DNA of 64,000 nt, taken from Malacoraja senta. Lineage: Eukaryota. How positions within the stretch are numbered: the stretch's first letter is position 1; each line of letters begins with the position of its first letter. This document shows positions 25,673 to 38,984 of the stretch, piece by piece. The notes under the pieces were generated by a model. That model worked only from the letters and a program-made list of their open reading frames with translations, was not told where the DNA came from and made no database searches. The translations under genes were made by a program, and so were the position numbers. The DNA lies in assembly GCA_038087875.1 (NCBI GenBank), contig CM075990.1:16866001-16930000 (forward strand). Reading direction: 5' to 3'.

Positions 25673-26342
25673 CTTCTTCTTCTTCTTCTTCTTAAGCCCT
25701 TTGCTCCTCTAGGGAACATTGGCCATTGGCAAATGTCCTCCACCTCACTCGGTTGCTGGCAGTTCTTTCGAGATCTCCCCAGTTGAGCCCACTCTCAGAC
25801 ACTTCTGTCTGGACACCTCTTCTCCAGCTGATCCTGGGGCGACCTCTCTTCCCTTGTCCTTGGGGGTTCCATTTCAGGGCTTGCCGGGTGGTGTTTGTGG
25901 CAGGTTTCCTGATGGTGTGTCCAATCCAACTCCATTTTCTCATTCGAATTTGTAAGTCAATGGGCTCCTGGCTTGTTCTTTTCCACGGGTCCGCATTGCT
26001 TACTTTGTCTCTCCACCAGATGTTCAGTATTCTCCTGTGGCAGGTGTTAGTGAATGTTTGCAGCCTGTTTGTAGTGTTTTGTTGTTGTCCATGTCTCTGA
26101 TCCATACAGTATCACCTGTTTCACATTTGAGTTAGAGATGCGTATTTTGGTGTTGATTGAGATGTGTTTGGAGCTCCAGATCTTCCTGAGCATGTTAAAC
26201 ACCACTCTAGCCTTATTGATTCTACTTCTTATGTCTGCCTCTGCCCCTCCGGTGATGTCCACAACACTGCCTAGGTATGTGAATGTTTCTACCTCCTCTA
26301 GAGCAGTGCTGTGTATAAGGATAGGGTTGCTGGTTTTGGAGT
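25673..26342 (-). mobile_element. 5'-truncated RTE-clade LINE (C-terminal ORF remnant, frameshifted)
   Basis: Peptides ETFTYLGSVV...RINKARVVFNML...VILYGSETW and WSWIGHT...WNPQGQGKRGRP; (GAA)n tail; 12-bp TSD GTGACAATAGAT at 25661-25672 and 26343-26354. Confidence 0.85.
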
Positions 26343-26374
26343 GTGACAATAGATGACTGCATATAAATAAGTTT

Positions 26375-26375
<1 letters not shown>

Positions 26376-26405
<30 letters not shown>

Positions 26406-26925
26406 TTATTGGCTAATTATTCACATACAAGGAATTTGCCTTGGTGCTCCACCCACAAGTAACATCATGACATACAGTGACAGTTACGAATGACTCAGAA
26501 AACACTAAACATTAATAATAATAAAACATTAATGATAAAACACCATTGATCAAGCATGTGAACCAACAAAATACCAGATCAAAGGGAGGCTACAGATTTT
26601 TGGCTGTTCAGTAGAGCAACTACTGGTGGGTAAAAACTTTTTTTATTTCTGGCTGTGGCAGCTTTGACAGTCCGGAGTCGCCTTCCAGAGGGAAGTGATT
26701 CAAAGAGTTTGTGGCCAGGGTGAGAGGGGTCAGAGATGATCTTGCCCGCTCGCTTCCTGGCCCTTGCAGTGTACAGTTCATCAATGGAGGGAAGGTTGCA
26801 GCCAATAACCTTCTCAGCTGATCGGACGATTCGCTGCAGCCTCTAGGTGTCGTGCTTGGTGGCTGAGCCAAACCAGACCATGATGGAGAAGGTGAGGACA
26901 GACTCTACGATGGCCGTGTAGAATT
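26376..26925 (-). mobile_element. Rex1/Babar-like LINE 3' fragment with (ACTT)n tail
   Basis: QFYTAIVESVLTFSIMVWFGSAT peptide. The 3' UTR gagcaccaaggcaaattccttgtatgtg also occurs at about 1627 and 45960. Confidence 0.75.
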
Positions 26926-29240
26926 GGAGAATTGGAGAATAGTTTAACTTTTTCCAAGTTTTGCATAATTTTAATATCAATGCAAAGTTATTTATGAGAG
27001 GAGAAATGACCTGAAGGCAATAGTTACGGTAATTACAGTTCCAGCATTCTGAAGCGGCCATTAGGGACAGAAGCATGAATTTCACAGAGCACGATGATAC
27101 AGCATAGGGTTGAAGTGCAATATTAATATTTATATTCTCAGTGAAATAAACATTGAGTAAACTGTGAGCTGAGGAAGGGGAGGTTGGATTATTTTTTAAT
27201 TAATGCAAAGTATTTGAAATGAGTGTTGGCAATGTTTGTTTAAAATTAGTTTGGGGGGGGGGAGGTTAATAATGCAAATATAGGCTTGGAAAATAAATGC
27301 TTACTATCCTAATGTAATGAAGTGTCAGAGACTTTACATATAGCCGGGAGACACTTGTCATAGTCAAAGATTCAGCAGCATTGTCACGGCAAAGGGGAAA
27401 CTTGCTCAGGAGTCGCAGGAGGAGTTTTCATGCAGCATAAAAAATGGATTGCAAGCCAGTACCAGCCTCTATAAAACCTGGGTTGGGTCACATGTGCAGT
27501 TCCTGCCTCCTCTTTACCGGAAGTATCTGCAGGGTTTGGAGAGGGTGCAGAAAAGGTTTACCAGATTGGAGAAAAAAGGAACTGTAGATGATGGTTTACC
27601 AAAAAAAAAGCACAAAAGGCACTTCAGCATGTGGAAAGAATAACATAATATGTAGGATTCACTCAGGGGATAATCCATATCTGGAATACACTGCTAAAGA
27701 GGAAGTCACAGAAGCAGATACAATTAAGACTTTTGCAAGACTTTCACAAGATATATGGTGAGGAAGGGTTTAGAGGACTATGTGCCAACTGCAGGCAAAT
27801 TGGTCTTGTCCAGAACGTCAACTTGGTCGTCATGGACAAAGTGGGCCGAAAGGCCTGTTTCCATGCTGGACAGCTCTATGACTCTCGAACCCTATCATTT
27901 CTGGTTGTCCCTCCTGACACCTCTCTGCCTCTCTCTTCCTTCCTCTTCTTTTTTTAATTTTAAAATACTCTTGAACACCTACAGTAGGTTGACTGAGCTC
28001 TTGGTCAGCCCTTCCATTTCGGGAGCACAGTGTCAAATCATATCACCGTCTATATCTCTTGTTTCCATCCCCCACTGACTCTCAGTCTGAAGAAGGGACT
28101 CAACCCAAAACGTCACCTATTCCTTCTCCCCAGACCTGACCCGCTGAGTTACTCCAGCTTTTTGTGTCTATCGTCAAATGTTGTTTGTCCGTGCTCTTTG
28201 CAAGGCCCAGCAACCTTAAAGGTGCGAATGAGTAGAGATTGTTGTGGATAGTGGTTAGATCAAAGGCTGATTGAAAGGAGCGATCTGTGCACCAAGGGCG
28301 CCCCCTGGAGACGGTGATTAATCTTGCTCCCAACTGTTGATGAACCACACACTCAAGTTAAGAGCACAAAAGGACATAAAGTGCTGGATGTAACGCTGCG
28401 TCTCTGGGGAACATGGAGAGGGGACATTTCTGGTCGGGATCCTTCTTCAGACTCTGAGGAAGTGGGATAACATACAACTTGTACTCAAAGCTTTACAGTG
28501 TAAAGTTAGTGTGGGCTGGTGCTGAAGGACCTGTCTCCATGCTGTATCTCTAAATTAAAAACTAAACTAAACCCTCTTGACTCTTGATGCAGATGTTGGT
28601 CAATACATAAAAAGGACACACAGTGCAGGAGTAACTCAGCAGGACAGGCAGCATCTCTGAAGAACATGGCTGGTTAACCCTTCTTCAGACTGAGTTACTC
28701 CAGCACTTTGTGTCCTTATCCTTAAACCAGTATCTGTAGCCCTTCGTTCTACATTTTACCCCCACCCACCCTCCACGACTTCGCTTTTCCAGCTCTCTCC
28801 CCAATCCTTCAGTCTGAAGAAGGGTACCGACCAAAAAAACCCTTTCCGTTTCCTTCCACATGTGCTGCTTGACCCACGGAGTTCCTCCAGCATGTTGTTT
28901 CAGACTGATTTTTGATGTATATTTCCAGCCTTGAAGACTGGCTCAGATTTATAAAGAAAGATAGAGGTTTATGAAGCAAAACATTGGGTCAGGCAGTATC
29001 TGTGGGGAGAATGAACAGACTAAAGTTGGGTCCCGATCCGAAACATCATCTGCCCATTCCCTCCACAGATGCATCCCGGCCCCATTAAATTCTTCCAGCA
29101 CTTTGTGTTTTGTTCAAGTTTCCAGCATCTAAACTACCTCGCATCCATCTCTGTCTCTTTATAAAGTGTCTTTTGTGGCTTCAAGACATTGCTAATTATT
29201 TTACGCTTGTTGTAAAATGGAAAAATATGACACACTAATG

Positions 29241-29560
29241 GGCAGCAGGGTGGCGCAGCGGCAGAGTTGCTGTCTTACAGCGCCAGAGACCCGGGTTTGA
29301 TCCTGACTACAGGTGCTGTCTGTACGGAGTTTGTACATTCTGCCCAAGATCTGCGTGGGTTTTCTCCAGGGTCACCGGTTTCCTCCCACACTCCAAAGAC
29401 GTACAGGTCTGTAGGTTAATTGCCTTGGTGTAATTGTAAATTGTCCCTAGTGTGTGTAGGATAGCGTTAATGTGCGGGGATCACTGGTCGGCGCGGACTC
29501 AGTGGGCCGAAGGGCCTGTTTCCGCGTTGAATCTTGAAACTATATCTCTAAACTAAACGA
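29241..29560 (+). mobile_element. tRNA-derived V-SINE (HE1-like), representative copy
   Basis: Box A (tggcgcagcgg), box B-like gggtt(c/t)gatcc, V domain (ggagtttgtac...gcgtgggttttctcc), CR1-like 3' end and ctaaa tail. Plus-strand copies at about 6405, 7203, 10085, 19725, 23065, 23495, 32485, 37160, 39790 and 62300. Confidence 0.85.
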
Positions 29561-30927
29561 GTTAGTCCACACCAAGCTCCCGTTCACAGCCGTTAGATAG
29601 TGGCTGTGTAACCTGCCTTTTGCAACAGTGATAAAGTTGCCCAAGGCACTGAGATCTCAAGAGTCTCAAGGGATTGTTTTCACACCCTCCTTTGAGAACA
29701 GATGGAGTTTTAACTTAATGTCTCATCTGAAAGATGGAAACCTGAGACTGGAGCGGATCGAGTGTCAGCAGAGATTTCTGTGGGACTTGAAACGATAACC
29801 TTCTCTGCACAAGAGTGCAGAAGAGAGCCCATACAATACAACGTAATTCTGGGAAACATCCTCTTTCAGTCCATCAGTCTATCAACTGACAGAGAGGCAT
29901 GTTTTTGTGCTGTGTTCACGACACATTTAAGTAGCGAGTATAAGTGGTTTTGAATGCAGTTAAGGGGTGTTTTTTCCTGTGTTAACTCTTGGCTGTGTTT
30001 TCACATTGCTCGAGTCACAGATCTATTTCCGTTAAAATAGCATTTGGCATTTCTCTGGCACGAAGGATGTACTTGATCCATGTGCCCCACCCCTCCACTT
30101 CAGAACTGAAATCCAATTCCTCCTGCACCATATTGATGACAAGTTCACATCCAGTTGTCTGTAACTATGTGTAGTAGGGAACTGCAGATGCTGCTGTACA
30201 CCAAAGATAGACACAAAATGCTGGAGTAACTCAGCAGGACAGGCAGCATCTCTGGAGAGAAGGAATGGGCAGCATCTCTGGAGAGAAGGTTTTGGATCGA
30301 GACACTTCTTGTGTGTGTGTCTATGTGCCGGCCACTGCAGACTGTGCGGGAGAATTAGCCTGCTTTTGAACCTCTTAGTTTCATGTTATCCACGTACAAA
30401 ATCATTTGCCTCTTACAATATGCACTTAAGCGTACCTTGTTATTATTTGATTTTGGACATCTAAACTAGATACATATCAAGGCTATCCGTTGCAATCTCA
30501 CACTTCAGTATTTGTTATACACAGATCTCTAGGGACAGTTCACAGCCGCCGATTAAACTTCCAACCTGCATGTCTGTGTGATGTGGGAGGAAACCAGAGC
30601 ACTGTATGGAAACTTGCTCATACAAACTCCACACAGACAGCACCCGTAGTCAGGGTCGAACCCTGGCTCTGTAAGGCAGCAACACTACTGCTGCTATATA
30701 GAGGCCAGGATTGAATCTACATCACCTGAGCTGTGTGGACAGCAGAACTACTCGCTGTGCCAATAGACAATAGGTGCAGGAGTAGGCCATTTGGCCCTTC
30801 GAGCCAGCGCCACTGAACCAGCCCCAGATTCTGTGCAAAGTTTTGTTTTATTAATGTCTGTTTCTCTTGTTTCTTACAGCCTATGTCAAACACAACGTCT
30901 AGTAAGGTTTTGGGAAACCAAGTTTAA

Positions 30928-31059
<132 letters not shown>

Positions 31060-31284
31060 TGAAGTACAGAGATACTGCGCTGTTCTTCCAGGGCCGAAAT
31101 CTGGTAGAGCAGAGTCCAAGATTGTCCACCTCATGGCAAGTGAACTTGCAGGCAAGGCCCACAGACTGAGGTTGTATTAGACTGTATTAAATACAAAATA
31201 GAGGTTGGCTTGAGTGTAAAACTGGAGCTTCCCACTATTGTGATTGTGGCCGGACTCAAGCAAGCTGTGCTCCCTGGTGCAAGT

Positions 31285-31605
31285 TTAGTTTTAGTTTAGT
31301 TTACAGATACAGCGCAGAAACAGGCCCTTCAGCCCACCGAGTCCACACCAACTAGCGATCCCTGCACATTAACACTGCCTTACACATACACTAGGGACAA
31401 TTTTACATTTTACATTTACACCAAGCCAATTAACATGCAAACCTGTACGTCTTTGGAGTGTGGGAGGAAACCGAAGATCTCGGAGAAAATCCCACGCAGG
31501 TCACGGGGAGAACGTACAACCTCCGTACAGACAGCACCCGTAGTCAGGATCGAACCCGGGTCTCCGACATTGCAAGCAAGTAGTTCTACCGCTGCGCAAC
31601 CGTGT
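31285..31605 (-). mobile_element. V-SINE (HE1-like), minus-strand representative
   Basis: Reverse complement of the same SINE; other minus copies at about 13050-13350, 16550-16870, 53345-53640 and 60955-61260. Confidence 0.85.
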
Positions 31606-32902
31606 CTCCCCAGATAGACAGGTTGTCCTGACCTAGATAGAGCTCTGGGCCAGGCCTCTGGACAATGCTTGCATCTTTCCTCAGAGTAAACACACAACCC
31701 AGCCCAAGCCCTTGCTTCAACCCTCTAAGGATCAGGATTGGCTCAATTCTCATCTTGCTGTTCACAGTAAAAGGGGAGGGGGAGAGGAAGAGGGAGGGGA
31801 GAAATGGGGACAGGTGGAGCAAGCGCATGATAGGGGGGTCATAGTCATAGAGAGGCATAGAGTGATACAGTGTGGAAACAGGCCCTTCGACCCAACTTGC
31901 CCATGCCGACCAACATGTCCCAGCTACACTAGTCCCACCTGACTGTGTTTGGTCTATATCCCTCCAAACTTGTCCTATCCATGCACCTGTTAAACTTAAA
32001 TGTTTGGATAGTCACAGCCTCAACTACCTCCTCTGGCAGCTCGTTCCATGCACCCACCACCATTTGAGTGAACAATTTGCCCCTCGGATTCCTCAGGTGG
32101 GGAGAAAGATGTGGGGTTTTGGTAATAGTTTTAAATAATTTGCCAGACCAGCCCCAAGAAAGTCTCGTGGGTGACGCAAGAAACTGCAGGTGCTGGAATC
32201 TTGAGCAAAACACAAAGTGCTGGAGGACTCAGCGAATCAGGCAGCCTCTCGGGAGGGGAATGGACAGATAATGTCTAGAATTGGGACCGTTCTGCAGAAG
32301 GGTCCTGTACCAAAACATCGTCTGCCCATTCCCTCCATAGATGCTGCCTGACCTGCTGAGTTCCTCCAGCACTTTGTATTTTGCTCCAAACCCGAGGGGG
32401 CTGGATTGTTGCAGTTTGCAGTTCCAGGTGTGCAGTTTTAGACAGGTAATACCACGGTACATTTCTCCCAGGTGTCCAAAACAAACGGCACAGTGGTGCA
32501 ACGCTAGAGTTGCTGCCTCACAGCGCCAGGGACCCAGGTTCGATCCTGACCACGGGTGCTGTCTGTACGGAGTTTGTATGTTCTCCCCATGACCCGCGTG
32601 GGTTTTCTCCAGGATTTCCGGTTTCCGCTCACACTCCAAAGACGTGCAGGTTTGCAGGCTAATTGGCTGGGTGGAATTGTAAATTGTCCCTAGTGTGTAT
32701 AAGATAGTGTTAATGTGCGAGGATCAGTGGTTGTCGCAGACTCGGTGGGCCGGAGGGCCTGTTTCCACACTGTATTTCTAAACTATTTCTGTTTAAGAAA
32801 GAACTGCAGATGCTGGAAAAATCAAAGGTAGACAAAAATGCTGGAGAAACTCAGCGGGTGAGGCAGCATCTATGGAGCGAAGGAATAGGCGATGTTTCGG
32901 GT

Positions 32903-33316
32903 TACATAGATACATAGAAAATAGGTGCAGGAGTAGGCCATTCGGCCCTTCGAGCCTGCACCGCCATTCAATATGATCATGGCTGATCATCCAACTCAGT
33001 ATCCCGTACCTGCCTTCTCTCCATACCTCCTGATCCCTTTAGCCACAAGGGCCACATCTAACTCCCTCTTAAATATAGCCAATGAACTGGCCTCAACTAT
33101 CCTCTGTGGCAGAGAGTTCCAGAGATTCACCACTCTCTGTGTGAAAATGTTTTTACTCATCTCGGTCTTAAAGGATTTCCCCCTTATCCTTAAGCTGTGA
33201 CCCCTTGTCCTGGACTTCCCCAACATCGGGAACAATCTTCCTGCATCTAGCCTGTCCAACCCCATAAGAATTTTGTACGTTTCTATGAGATCCCCTCTCA
33301 ATCTCCTAAATTCTAG
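32903..33316 (-). mobile_element. CR1-like 3' fragment (same subfamily as 24077) nested in a Penelope-derived element
   Basis: ORF 32996-33325; interrupts the tttcgggt/cgagacc hammerhead stem. Confidence 0.88.
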
Positions 33317-33508
33317 CGAGACCATTCTTCAGTCAAAGAGTCTTGACCCGAAACGTCACCTATTCCTCCGCTCCATTGATGCTGCCTCACCCTCTGAGTT
33401 TCTCCAGCGTTGTTGTCTGCCTGCTAAACTATTTCTAGTGGGTTGGATCCGAATGGAGCTTTGTTGAAGCCTCCTCAGTTACAACCGATTATTTTCTTGC
33501 TCCCTCAG

Positions 33509-33741
33509 TGTTGTCCAAGAACAGTAAGCCGATCCACACCACCATCCTCAACCCGCATGTCCACCTGATCGGGGAGGATGCTGCCTGCATCGCCTACATC
33601 CGTCTAACGCAGTACATGGATGGGCAGGGACGACCTCGGACCACACAATCTGAGGAGACCCGGGTGTGGCACCGTCGCGAGGGCAAGTGGCAGAACATCC
33701 ACTTCCACTGCTCAGGTGCCCCAGCCGCACCGCTCCAGTGA
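33509..33741 (+). CDS. CAMK2G: Last coding exon of CaMKII gamma, (L)[18 protein letters not shown]...[13 protein letters not shown]
   Basis: ccctcag acceptor. The C-terminus [10 protein letters not shown] is characteristic of CAMK2G. TGA at 33739-33741; the exon continues to a donor after 33754. Confidence 0.95.
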
Positions 33742-34084
33742 ACACCTTCTGCAGGTAGGAGGGCCGCAGTTTACACACCTCACCCCCCCCACCATCCTCA
33801 TTAGGTCAGATTTAGGCCATTCGGCCCATCAAGTCTACTCCGCCATTCAACGATACGATGGAACTTTATTTATCCCAGGAGGGAAATTGATTAGGCTGAT
33901 CATGGCTGATCGATCTCTCCCTCTTAACCCCATTCTCCTGCCTTCTCTCCATGACCTCTGACACCCGTACTAATCAAGACCAGTACAGTACAGGGCAGAA
34001 ACAATCACACAATGGCTTCACTGAACATGATGCCAAATTAAACTGGCTGCAAGTGATCCAAGTGGCATGAGTGTTTTGTCAGGA

Positions 34085-34320
34085 CGGAGCTGCAGATGCT
34101 GCTTTAAACTGGAGACAGACACAAAAAGCTGGGGTCATTCAGCGGGTCAGACAGCATCTCTTGAGAAAAAGGGATAGGTGATGTTTCGGGTTGAGACCCT
34201 TCTTCAGACTCCTTCTTCTTCAGTCTGAAGAAGGATCTCGACCCGAAACATCTTCCTATTCCTTCTCTCCAGAGATGCTGTCCGACCCGCTGAGTTACTC
34301 CAGCTTTTTGTGTCTGTCTT
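34085..34320. mobile_element. Penelope-derived palindromic mini-element with back-to-back hammerhead-like cores
   Basis: Inverted arms of about 105 bp around a ccttcttcttc spacer. Confidence 0.75.
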
Positions 34321-34836
34321 CCTGTTTTATTGTCCCACATCGAACAATGAAATTCTTACTTGCAGCAGCACAGCAGAAGATGTAAACATGGTACCCAATA
34401 TAATAAACGAGAAAATCGTTCAGTCTGTGTATATCCATCTCCCGCTATTCCCTGCATATCCCATATGATATGGAATGATATGTTAGAACTTTATCCCAGG
34501 AGGGATTTGGTCTGCCGACAGTCATAAAACACAACAAGGTACATGAAACATGAAATTAAAGTGACGAGCGGGAAGTCAAGGATTGGGGGTGTGAAAGATT
34601 GGGGGGGGGGGCGGGGGGAGATAGCCCCAGGGAAGAAGGATCTCCTGTGGTGTTCTGTGCTCCATCTTGGTGGAACCAGTCTGTTGCTGAAGGTGCTCCT
34701 CAGGTTGACCAGTGTGTCATCCATGTGCCTGTCTAAAAGTCTCAAGCATGCGGCTGTTCCGTGCGTGCAATGAGGAAATGAACTAAAGGGAACGGCTAAG
34801 AGCTGTCGAGTGAGCCGTTTGTCCTTTGCGTTTCAG

Positions 34837-36330
34837 CTTGGAGATGCTGGAGTAGACTTCTCGTCCAAACAGTGGAATGAAGCCGATCACTGTCATGGTA
34901 AATTCTTGAAGACCAACAGCGCCATGCGCCAACCTGCATGTGTATGATGCTGCTGTGGTGGCTGCCTATTTGTTGTTTCCATGGATCCATCGTGTCTGTT
35001 TCTGCTGTATAGGAGATGTACAGATAAAAATGGCTGCTGTAATATGTACCTGATAACTCACTCGTTCGATGGCAGAGGTTCACGCAAAAAAAAAAAAGAT
35101 TCTGAACCCGTATACTTGCCAAAGTACGGAGGTCCGTCCTTTAAAAATAATGTATAAAAAAAAAAGAAACTTAAAAAAAAAAAATCACAACAAATTTAAC
35201 AAGTTGCAGTAGTGCTCAGATCTTTAAAAAAAAAAAAAAGTCAAGATTTAATCGAGATTACAATAACTCTGAACGGTAATTGGCAGCAGGAGAGTAATGT
35301 CGGAGGAAGCCTTCGCTCCTCCTGTCAGTGTGAGGTACCAGTTAATAGCTGAACCGCTAACCCACTTGGAGACTGACACGCAACATCGTTGACACTCAGA
35401 GGCCAAGACGATGACCTCACTGCTCTGCTAAACTACCTGAGACACAAAAAACACAAAATAATATATAAATAAAACTTCTGGGTGATTGCATTTTTATTCT
35501 TCTCTCTCCTGTCGATCCATTACAAAGTGAAGTTGTGATCTCATTCATTGAAATGGACCACACATAATAAGGTATTTCTTTCTCAAATGTTAACATTTCT
35601 TCCAGTGTTCTCTGCATCAAGGTTAATATGAATGTATAATATTGAAGTTCTCTGTCGTGCCTAAGTGCAGTAATATTATCTTTGGTTTTTAAAAAAACAA
35701 ACAATTGCTAGGTCAGTTTGCATCCACAAGTTTGCAGTATGTTGTGATCCAGTTACTGATGACAAACTTTTTTGAACTAAAAGCCTTGTGTCTTTGAGGT
35801 TTGGTGTAGATGTGTAGCCCGATAACATTATCTTACTGGGAGTATAAGATCAAACTCGCAAGCATTAGTGTTGGTACTCACAAACAACACTGTACAGCTG
35901 GTCGTCAAAGGTCACACATTTAAAACATATACTGTATGCAGTTTTACAGAGGTTATGCATGTGTTGTTTATGGTCAATATTTTCACTGTATGTGTTTACT
36001 TGACAACAAAAAAGACTGATGTACCTAGTTCAGCATCTTTAACTATCTTGCACAGTCTGGTCTGTATGCATCACATAATTTAAGCCTAAGCTTGATATGA
36101 TAAATTCCTGTTTAAAACAATAAAGTAAATGAATTGCATTGTTACTGTATCTTATGGGGCTAATAATATCTTATAGTTTTAACTGAGGCAATTGATGCAG
36201 GATTTTTGCATGATATGTGACAACAACTACCCTCTGTCTGTTTGTTATGAATGTTGGTAGATCTTCATAGCTTTGTTACTATAGGACTTGATCTTAAAAA
36301 AAAAGTATTTAATAAACTTAATACAAACCG
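34837..36330 (+). other. CAMK2G: Probable terminal non-coding (3' UTR) exon of CAMK2G
   Basis: tttgcgtttcag acceptor at 34836 can pair with the gcag/gtagga donor at 33754. About 1.5 kb AU-rich and free of recognisable TEs; AATAAA at 35468, 36119 and 36311. Confidence 0.7.
36311..36316 (+). terminator. Polyadenylation signal AATAAA (probable distal CAMK2G site)
   Basis: AATAAA at the end of the AU-rich block, followed by a U/GU-rich element (tcttgtttt). Confidence 0.55.
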
Positions 36331-38111
36331 GTGCATCTTGTTTTAACTACTGCAGTTGATGGATTGTCTACCCCAGAGCCTGCTTGAATTTGTCGTCAAT
36401 GAATTAGTAAAGAGCATTCTCAAAATGCGATATTCAGTGTTTTTAGTTAGTTCACGAAACGAGTCACAAAATGGGTGAAACTGGACTTGAATCTTTCCGC
36501 TGGTCTGCATCTCGCTTTAGTTTGCAAATTGCATGGTTTGCATCCCTTCATACTCCGCATTGGTCAGGACCCTGGAGGAGAAGGCGTTTGACATGGGTAC
36601 TCTAGGTGGGATTTGGTGGGGCCATCACTGTGTTTGTTTGCTCCATCCTTGCACTGCACACCTTCACCTGTGAGGTCCCGAAGGAGGAACGTCCTTTAAT
36701 TCAGACGTGGACCTGGTCGGATAACGGCAAATGACTCGAGCTAATGGCCGAGGCTTTGTTCAAACTCGTTCTGGATCAGAACACGTAGTTTGAGCAACAA
36801 ATCGCAAACCCTCTCCGTCCTTAGCAAATCTATCATACCTGAACCAGTCCCAGAGAAAATTAGTGACACAGAAATATCATGTCCATGCTGGCCAAGAAAG
36901 GTCTGGTCTAGTCAGCTTTCACCCATTTTGAGGCTCAGTGCTTTCAGTTACCTTTAATGTAACCTGTTTCTGTGTGTCTAGCACTTTTAAACAAAAAATA
37001 AACACAGTCTGTGTACCTAAGTGGGTCTGTTATCTGTCTCACCCCACTATCGCCCTGCCCTAGCGACAAGCGGGCTTTGTTGCGTTGTGTGCCGTTCACA
37101 GTGTTCATTGATTCATTCAGCTGCCAAACTTGCATCAAGGGGTTAAAATTATCCTTAACAGGGCGGCACATGTGGAGCAGCGGTAGAGTTGCTGCCTCAC
37201 AGCGCCAGAGACCTGGGTTCGATCCTGACTACGGGTGCCGTCTGTACGGAGTTTGTACGTTCTTCCCGTGACCGCGTGGTTTTCTCCAGGTGCTCCAGTT
37301 TCCTCCTGCACTCTAAAGACGTGCTGGTTTGTAGGTTAATTGGTAAGTTGTAAAATTGTCCCTAGTGTGTGTCGACTAGAGTATGGGGCAACCGCTGGTC
37401 GGCGCGGATTCGGTGGGCCGAAGGGACTTTTTCTGCTCTGTATCTCTAAAGTCTAAACTAAAATCTGAACAGTGGGATAGAGTATAAAATGCAAACATTC
37501 ACTCCCTGTTTTAATCACGAGGCATTGTTCCTTGGACAGCCACAGCCATGAGCACTTATGACCACAACGAGAATTGCTTTGACAGAAGAGTCACGCTGAG
37601 AGAATGAATCTCACCAGGAACACAATTGGATTTTTGACCCAATTGGAATTGTTTGAACTGCAGTATTTCATGATTCTTTTTGCACTGATTGTGTTTTCTC
37701 GACAAGAATGATCTGTGAGCAGGCAGTATTGATAACAGCAGCTGGCAAGAAGATAGAAACATAGAAATTATTATTATACCAACACTTTAGTCTGGAACAC
37801 CTTTCTCTATGGGCATAGCTGATCTTTCAATTTACAGATGCTGTAACACAACATACAGACCAGTCTGCACCACACAACATATTTCCTGCAACTTGACACG
37901 CTGTCATTCAAAGATAGCCACAAAATTCTGGAGTAACTCGGTGGGACAGGCAGCATCTCTGGGGAGCAGGAATGGGTGACGTTTCAGATCGAGACCTTTT
38001 AACTCCAGCATTTTGTGTCTATCCTCGGTGTAAACCAGCATCTGCAGTTCCTTCCAACTCACTCATTCAAAGACTGGCTTATGGAAGGAAGCTGGCAAAT
38101 GGGTCCAGCTT

Positions 38112-38508
38112 AGATAGAAACATAGAAACATAGAAAATAGGTGCAGGAGGAGGCCATTCGGCCCTTCGAGCCAGCACCGCCATTCATTGTGATCATGGCT
38201 GATCGTCCCCAATCAATAACCCGTGCCTGCCTTCTCCCCATATCCCTTGATTCCACTAGCCCCTAGAGCTCTATCTAACTCTCTCTTAAATCCATCCAGT
38301 GATTTGGCCTCCACTGCCCTCTGTGGCAGGGAATTCCACAAATTCACAACTCTCTGGGTGAAAAAGGTTTTTCTCACCTCAGTCTTAAATGGCCTCCCCT
38401 TTATTCTAAGGCTGTGGCCCCTGGTTTTGGACTCACCCAACATTGGGAACATTTTTCCTGCATCTAGCTTGTCCAGTCCTTTTATAATTTTATATGTTTC
38501 TATAAGAT
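38112..38508 (-). mobile_element. CR1-like 3' fragment
   Basis: LIETYKIIKGLDKLDAGKMFP...GYGEKAGTGY; catagaaa tail repeats. Confidence 0.88.
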
Positions 38509-38984
38509 GCCCCCTGTGGTCCTTGGTCGGCATTGGGCTGAAGGGCCTGTGCCTTTTCCGTGCCCTTCAGGACCAGTCTCCAAACCAGACCACTGAGGTT
38601 GGAAGAATCATACTGTACAATATGTCAGTACAGTATCCTAGACGTTCATCACTTAAGGCTGATGGGCCAAGATCACACTGTATTTAAAACGAATTCACAG
38701 TTATTAAAACGTCAATTATTCTAATTTTTGTTTCGAATACACAGTTGTCTCTTGCTTTGAACATAAACTACGTACAAGCAACTTATCACAAAACTTCTGA
38801 CTATTCCTGAAAAAACACATGTGATTATGTTGAATATACTGTGCATTAACAGAAGCCACTAGGTGTCAGTGTTATATAAGGGTTTCAGTTTGATCTGTTC
38901 CCTGTGCCTTAGCGCTCGCATTGTGCTCTGCGGTCTATTGGATTTGCAATGAAGACTACATTCAGTCATAGTTCATCGGTTCAT

